Shown here one piece after another: positions 42,751 through 47,889 of a stretch of DNA of 47,889 nucleotides; the stretch's first letter is position 1, and the number at the start of each line of letters is the position of its first letter. The notes beneath the pieces were generated by a model, which searched no databases, had not been told where the DNA came from, and was given only the letters and a program-made list of their open reading frames with translations. The stretch comes from Stramenopiles sp. TOSAG23-3 (taxonomy: Eukaryota), in NCBI GenBank assembly GCA_900128585.1, contig LT642166.1:1-47889 (forward strand), written 5' to 3'. The position numbers and the translations under genes are program-made.

Positions 42751-43656
42751 GTTCGGAGAGTTGGATTGTTTTCGTCGTGTTGAAAGAAAGTTTTTGTACA
42801 ATCGTTTGTAAATTTTTATCGCAGAGGGTGTCTGTTTTTTATTGCGGTTAAATCGGGGTGCCACGGGTTTCATCGCAACTGCTTTTTGTTTTTCACTAGA
42901 CAAGAGAACAAAGATGGAATCCATCCGTCCGTACTGCGCAACGAAAAGGCAAACGATGCTGAATGCGCTGTATTATAATTAAAAAAAGGAGGAGGGGGGG
43001 GTTTTGTGATGAATGATGCAGTTGACAATCTGGATTAGATGCTCTGTTCGTTGTACTTGGTAACTTAAAAAATTATTGGATCTTTTCTACCACGCCGAAG
43101 ATAATATTAGACTAGTCTAGTCGTCTGTCTATTACTTTATAGCTCTAATATTCGGTTTTTACCTGGTATTACCCTCTGTCCGCGTCTGCTTCAAAATATC
43201 TTGTAAAACCGAGGAGGCCGTATGCTGTGTTTATATTCCCTCATCCCTAACATTATATTGTATGCTCTGATTTAATACTGTAAACTTAATAATATAAACA
43301 CAGCATTAAACAAGTTGGTAAAAAATGTCAAAAAAAGGTGTGTGCACGCCGAGAGGTACCCCCCCCCCTGTCAGCTAAACTTTTTGTGTTTGAGTTGGCT
43401 CGCTGCAGTTTACGCATCATCACAGATCATGACACAGCATTGTAAACCCACCTTTGTTTTTGAGATAAAATTGTTATTCGACTTCTCTTCTCGTTTCGCG
43501 TTACTTGGATGCTTGAGGGGGAGGTTACTAGAATATGTTTACTGAACCAAAATTATGAAAGTCGATAATTGTTTAAATTTCAAGTTTAAATTATTCTCCA
43601 TAACCAAAGTCAGCACAGTGCCTGTGTTTTCCAGTACACTAAGTTACGTCTCAACA

Positions 43657-44991
43657 ATGTCGCAAGTGAAAGAAAATGTCGAAGATGGCAATAAAAGTCT
43701 TACCATTAAGACCAACAAAGTAACTGAAAAGTACCTTGACGAGTTGGTCAAAACCAACAAAGACATGATCAAACTGTTTAAGTCGTGCCAGTTGGAAAAC
43801 ACAAACAAAGACGAAAACCGAACTAAAAAAAATGAGGATAAAGAGACAGCAAAGAGTATTGCAATTGGGCAGTTTCATATAGATATGGCCAAGCACATGA
43901 ACGACTTAAAGACATCTATAGATTTGCACAAAGCGGCAGAAGCGGACTCTAAGGAGCACGCAAATTACCAGTCCATGTGGTACAAAGTTCCTTTCGCCAA
44001 TATGTTTTTTGATATGTTTTTCGACTCCGTGCCAACAGAGGGAGAGCTTACTAGTTTACTTGAACAGATTGGCGTCCTGTCCGCCTTGCTCTTAACTGTT
44101 GCCATGGCCATCCCAATGTCCATCTCTTTTGACGAACTTACCGATGCTCGAGAAAGGTTTTCCATTGCGCCATACAATGCCAGCGTGTCTTTCGAAAGAT
44201 CTTACAAGGAGCTTTTTCAGGGCACTGCAATCGCGACATACAGCTTCGCGATTGCCGTAACTTTGACAGTAATGATCTATGCATCTTCCGCTTCTGGTCT
44301 GGAGACCAATTTTGGAGATCCAAAAGACGAAAAAAACCCTACAAATGTCGTGAGCAAAAAATTAAGAAAACTCTGGTGGAACAAAATGAGATATGTGGTC
44401 TTATTATGTACTCTGAGCTCCTTGGCGGGGTGTGCTTCACTGACAATTGCTTATAATCGGTTGTGTTACTTCAAATTTCTTGATTACTTTGTGGAGAAAG
44501 AGAAAAAAGCATTTGGAATCATGACCCCAAATTCGACCTTTTCATTCTTTAGAACGCTTGGTTTTGGGGCAATGGTTATGTTGGCTGGAAGCCTTGCCCT
44601 TATCTCCTATACAAAATTCGAGATGTCAAACTGGGTTCAAGTTGAATACGAAAAATTGGGCAAACACTCACTCAGGCAATACCTGAATCTTTATGGTGAA
44701 TTAGAAGTCAAGTACAACCGCACCCTTCCCAATAAAACCGATCCATCGAAAAACAAAAATGGGGAGCCGATAGAGAAGTCGATAGAGAAGTCGATAAAAA
44801 CATTTTGCAAGAAAACAAACACGTTAATTGAAGACGAATGGAAAAAGCAAAAATTTGTTGAGAATTTTACTAAGCGCATAAGAACACGCAACGCAAGTGT
44901 AGTACGTGCAGCAACTAGGCTTAGAAGGTTGAGCACGCTTAAGGCTAAAAATACAGTAAGCGTGGGTCCGAATGGTGGGCAGAAAGAGTGA
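43657..44991 (+). CDS. Hypothetical multi-pass (about 4 TM) membrane protein
   Basis: Hydrophobic segments IGVLSALLLTVAMAI, AIATYSFAIAVTLTVMIY, YVVLLCTLSSLAGCASL, LGFGAMVMLAGSLALI. Start chosen at ACAATG 43657, the same context as the PK and ARPC2 starts; ORF is open from 43555. Confidence 0.78.
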   Translation: MSQVKENVEDGNKSLTIKTNKVTEKYLDELVKTNKDMIKLFKSCQLENTNKDENRTKKNEDKETAKSIAIGQFHIDMAKHMNDLKTSIDLHKAAEADSKEHANYQSMWYKVPFANMFFDMFFDSVPTEGELTSLLEQIGVLSALLLTVAMAIPMSISFDELTDARERFSIAPYNASVSFERSYKELFQGTAIATYSFAIAVTLTVMIYASSASGLETNFGDPKDEKNPTNVVSKKLRKLWWNKMRYVVLLCTLSSLAGCASLTIAYNRLCYFKFLDYFVEKEKKAFGIMTPNSTFSFFRTLGFGAMVMLAGSLALISYTKFEMSNWVQVEYEKLGKHSLRQYLNLYGELEVKYNRTLPNKTDPSKNKNGEPIEKSIEKSIKTFCKKTNTLIEDEWKKQKFVENFTKRIRTRNASVVRAATRLRRLSTLKAKNTVSVGPNGGQKE

Positions 44992-45018
44992 AGATTATTC
45001 TTAAGTACTTTGTACGAG

Positions 45019-45218
45019 TAATTAAAACAAAAAATTGGCTGTTAACTTAGTTAAAATTAAAATTTATTTTCTTCATGTACCGCGAATGTGAATCTGCTCA
45101 TTCTGTCCAGTAAAGTTTTGCTTCCTTCATGTACTGCGAATTTATCTCTGCTCCGCCTGTGATACCTAAATTAACAGAGCCATTATTTTGTTTTTATAAA
45201 TAAGAAAATTGGCTGTTA
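45019..45218. repeat. Two AAAATTGGCTGTTA copies flanking a 54-bp-period duplication (CTTCATGTACYGCGAAT)
   Basis: Core copies at 45031 and 45205; internal repeat units start at 45071 and 45125. Confidence 0.75.
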
Positions 45219-45385
45219 ATTACTTTATTAAATATAATCGAAAATTTAGATTTTTTGATTCTTTAAAAGACTCTAAATGTTAAAAGACAAATTTTTGTAC
45301 ACTTCCTTGTTCGTCAAATTTCCTGATAGAGGAGAGATTTTATTTTCGCCTCCAATCGACACTTCAGTGAGCCCAACCTATTAAT

Positions 45386-47889
45386 TTACCCATTGACTTT
45401 TTTGTCCGTGGTTTTCGCAGCTTCGAGCTTCGCTTTCGGAATTGGCATCCCAAGCTTCGCTCTGAACTCATTATTTTCTTTAACCAACCTTTCGTTTTCT
45501 GATTTAAGTTTTGTATTTTCTGCCCTGAGGCTTTTCATGGACACTACCTTCCCGGTAATGTTACCGACTATTACGTCATTGTTCGTAGAGACTTTATCCC
45601 TTGGGGGGTTTGAAATGTACGGAGTTATAAACACGTTCACGTGGAATGGTTTCGACAAGAAGTCAATGAATTCTTGTGTGACATTCTCAATGTGATGAAT
45701 GTATTCGTAGTTGAATGTTGGCGAGTGCGTGTGATCTTCGATACACTCTGTGGTGAATGTTTCACCAAAAAAGTCGTACTGACAATACGCAGAGCCAGAC
45801 ATTTGCAACAATTCTGTGGCGTGCTTGATTTCGATCTTATACGTCCAAGGTTTCCCTATAAGCTCACTGGGCTCACCAATCTCTGGCACTTCACCCTCGC
45901 CTTCGTCATCTTCATCAGCAAGTGGTGTCCATACTATTTCCAATTTCCCTACGTCCTGGTGCGGCGAAACAACGTTGGAGATGGACATTTCGATGTCCCC
46001 ATCTTCGCTGGGGAACATATAAATTAAATATTCAATGAAAAAAATGGACGTTCCAAGTTGAAAGGAATGGTCGAAAAACAACGTTACAGGCTCATGGAAG
46101 TCTGGGGCGTAATAATCATTTCCAGCCGCGAGTGCGCCTTTAAGAAAGGAGGCCTCGTCGTTCAAAACTGCATGCGCCTTGACAAACTCGAACGGATCAA
46201 GGACGATGGATTCTCCGCTGGACTGGTTGGTAATTTTAACCTTGACGATCGGGACCCCGTTATAATCCGTGGCGAGGCTGTCTTGCATAGTGGCTTCGCA
46301 GACAAGGTATTCACGGTTCAAAAGCTTTAAGATCGCGTGCGTTTCCCTGATTTTCGGGACTAGATCAAGAAGTTCTTGGTGTATTGCCGCTTTCGCTTGT
46401 GCAAGTTTAGCTTCCGTGGCCTGCGCCATTTCACCACCAGTCACGGACTGGCGCTGCTCGGCAAACTTTTTCTTTTCTTCCTCGAAAGCTCGCAATTGTT
46501 CTTGAAATGCGTCGTTCTGGTTAGCATTTTTTGCTCTCAATGCACTTCTTAATTCTTCCGCGGCTTCATCTGCTGTTGGGATGTGCGTCTCGGCTGCAGT
46601 CGAGTCGGTGCTAGGATTTCGAAACAAGAAAATTTCGTTTGCCAGAGCAATGCGATCCAGAGTTTGCAATGTCACAGAGGCCCCCGAATCGAGTAATTTT
46701 CCATTCACGTACGTGTCGGATTGACCGTTCTTCAAGATAACGTCACCATTGCCGGCGATTGTGACCGTAGCATGATTCTTTGTAATGGAATAGCTCATCG
46801 GGCTTATGTCGCCCCCCGGTCCAATAACTGTTTCCGGTTTTGTAAAAATAAACAAAAACCGTTGGTCACGAAACCCGTCTTCGTCTAGGTTGATGAAGTA
46901 GGGAAGGGTATTATCGCCTGCAAAATTTTTTAATGTTATTCCACGCCTGGCGTATTCTTCCTTCTGGCGCTGCAGCTGTTCGGCAGCATCATTTCCTTTC
47001 GAGCCTTCATTATTTAACGCATCTTGCAAAGCATTTTGCTTGGCCTCTAGCTCAGCTTTCAACTTTGCAACGTCCGCGTCAGAGCCCGCATGGCCATCAC
47101 CACCAGAGGCTTTCAACTTTTCATTTTCTTTTTTCATGCTATCCATCAATGCTTGCATCTTTTGTAGCTCTGCCATCATCTTTTTCTCCATAGGGCTCGC
47201 GCTTACAGTAGCTTTTTTGGGAGAAAGCTTGATAACGCTGGCGTTTTTTGCAAACCCGAGGGTGGAGAAAGTATAAGAAAGATACTTTACCTCTGGCCGG
47301 ATCGCGCAAAATAGGTACGTGCGGGCTTGCATCATTGTATCTTTCAAATACTTACAAAGAAAGTAACTGTTGCAGCCAGGAATACTTTTTCCAGGCTTCA
47401 ATTTCTTCTTTTTTATTGCGCTGGCCATCTTCATAAAAAATTGGGCCATTTCAGTGAGCGAAAGATTAATCTTTTTCCCTTGGTCTTGAAGCTGCTTCGT
47501 TTTGTTCGTGTCTTTGTTCGGGCCGATAAGCTCGTATTCAAATTTCTTTTCGCCGTCCTCTTCATACCACTTCTTTTTGTAGTTTGCGAAAAAAACATCA
47601 CCTGCCGGTTCTGTACCGGCTAAGTCACAAACGTACAATCTTCCCTTTTGTTTTAATGATTTGTTGTTATCGTTTGGTTTTTCCACTTCCAACGTCATGA
47701 TGCAGTGGCCACGGGTAGACATTGGGTTGAACTGGGTCGGTGCAATAGCCTTTCGCCCATTAGCAACTTGAAATATCTTGCACAGTTCGGGCCAGTCTGT
47801 TAGCACCTGTTCAAGGCACCAGACAACGTCTGTAAACCCGTCTTTGTCTTTTCTCATACCCGATTTGTAAGTCTGTTCCTTTGCAACGG
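45386..47889 (-). CDS. Kinesin-like motor (kinesin-3/KIF28-KLP6-like architecture: motor, coiled coil, FHA, C2-like), 5'-truncated by the window
   Basis: LYVCDLAGTE, GKKINLSL, TFSTLGFAKNA; FHA region PYFINLDED...HATV...TYVNG...LQTLDRI; C-terminal YCQYDFFGE...SPTFNY. Confidence 0.88.
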   Translation of the reverse strand, partial: VAKEQTYKSGMRKDKDGFTDVVWCLEQVLTDWPELCKIFQVANGRKAIAPTQFNPMSTRGHCIMTLEVEKPNDNNKSLKQKGRLYVCDLAGTEPAGDVFFANYKKKWYEEDGEKKFEYELIGPNKDTNKTKQLQDQGKKINLSLTEMAQFFMKMASAIKKKKLKPGKSIPGCNSYFLCKYLKDTMMQARTYLFCAIRPEVKYLSYTFSTLGFAKNASVIKLSPKKATVSASPMEKKMMAELQKMQALMDSMKKENEKLKASGGDGHAGSDADVAKLKAELEAKQNALQDALNNEGSKGNDAAEQLQRQKEEYARRGITLKNFAGDNTLPYFINLDEDGFRDQRFLFIFTKPETVIGPGGDISPMSYSITKNHATVTIAGNGDVILKNGQSDTYVNGKLLDSGASVTLQTLDRIALANEIFLFRNPSTDSTAAETHIPTADEAAEELRSALRAKNANQNDAFQEQLRAFEEEKKKFAEQRQSVTGGEMAQATEAKLAQAKAAIHQELLDLVPKIRETHAILKLLNREYLVCEATMQDSLATDYNGVPIVKVKITNQSSGESIVLDPFEFVKAHAVLNDEASFLKGALAAGNDYYAPDFHEPVTLFFDHSFQLGTSIFFIEYLIYMFPSEDGDIEMSISNVVSPHQDVGKLEIVWTPLADEDDEGEGEVPEIGEPSELIGKPWTYKIEIKHATELLQMSGSAYCQYDFFGETFTTECIEDHTHSPTFNYEYIHHIENVTQEFIDFLSKPFHVNVFITPYISNPPRDKVSTNNDVIVGNITGKVVSMKSLRAENTKLKSENERLVKENNEFRAKLGMPIPKAKLEAAKTTDKKVNG

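Overview
Gene-dense, intron-poor eukaryotic nuclear DNA in the standard code, with AT-rich spacers and about 20 protein-coding genes. Gene content (ARPC2, EF-hand and coiled-coil cilium-type proteins, APC6, eIF3b) fits a flagellated protist, plausibly a stramenopile; this is an inference. Recognisable genes: nicalin, NAC-beta/BTF3, an AVT1-type amino-acid transporter, a myristoylated U-box protein, ARPC2, pyruvate kinase, eIF3b, CDC16/APC6, TMEM184 (2 introns), a class-3 lipase and a divergent kinesin-3-like motor truncated by the window edge. Only four confident introns (58-71 nt) were found. The most unusual signals are outside genes: (i) at 14.5-15.4 kb, two unrelated start-less gene 3' fragments (tenascin-type EGF repeats and a GC3-rich GMP reductase C-terminus) followed by a palindrome cluster; (ii) a dispersed AAAATTGGCTGT(TA) element in four copies, one lying between those fragments; (iii) the octamer TACGAGGA, repeated ten times in upstream/divergent promoter regions. 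No rRNA, tRNA, CRISPR array or transposase was recognised.
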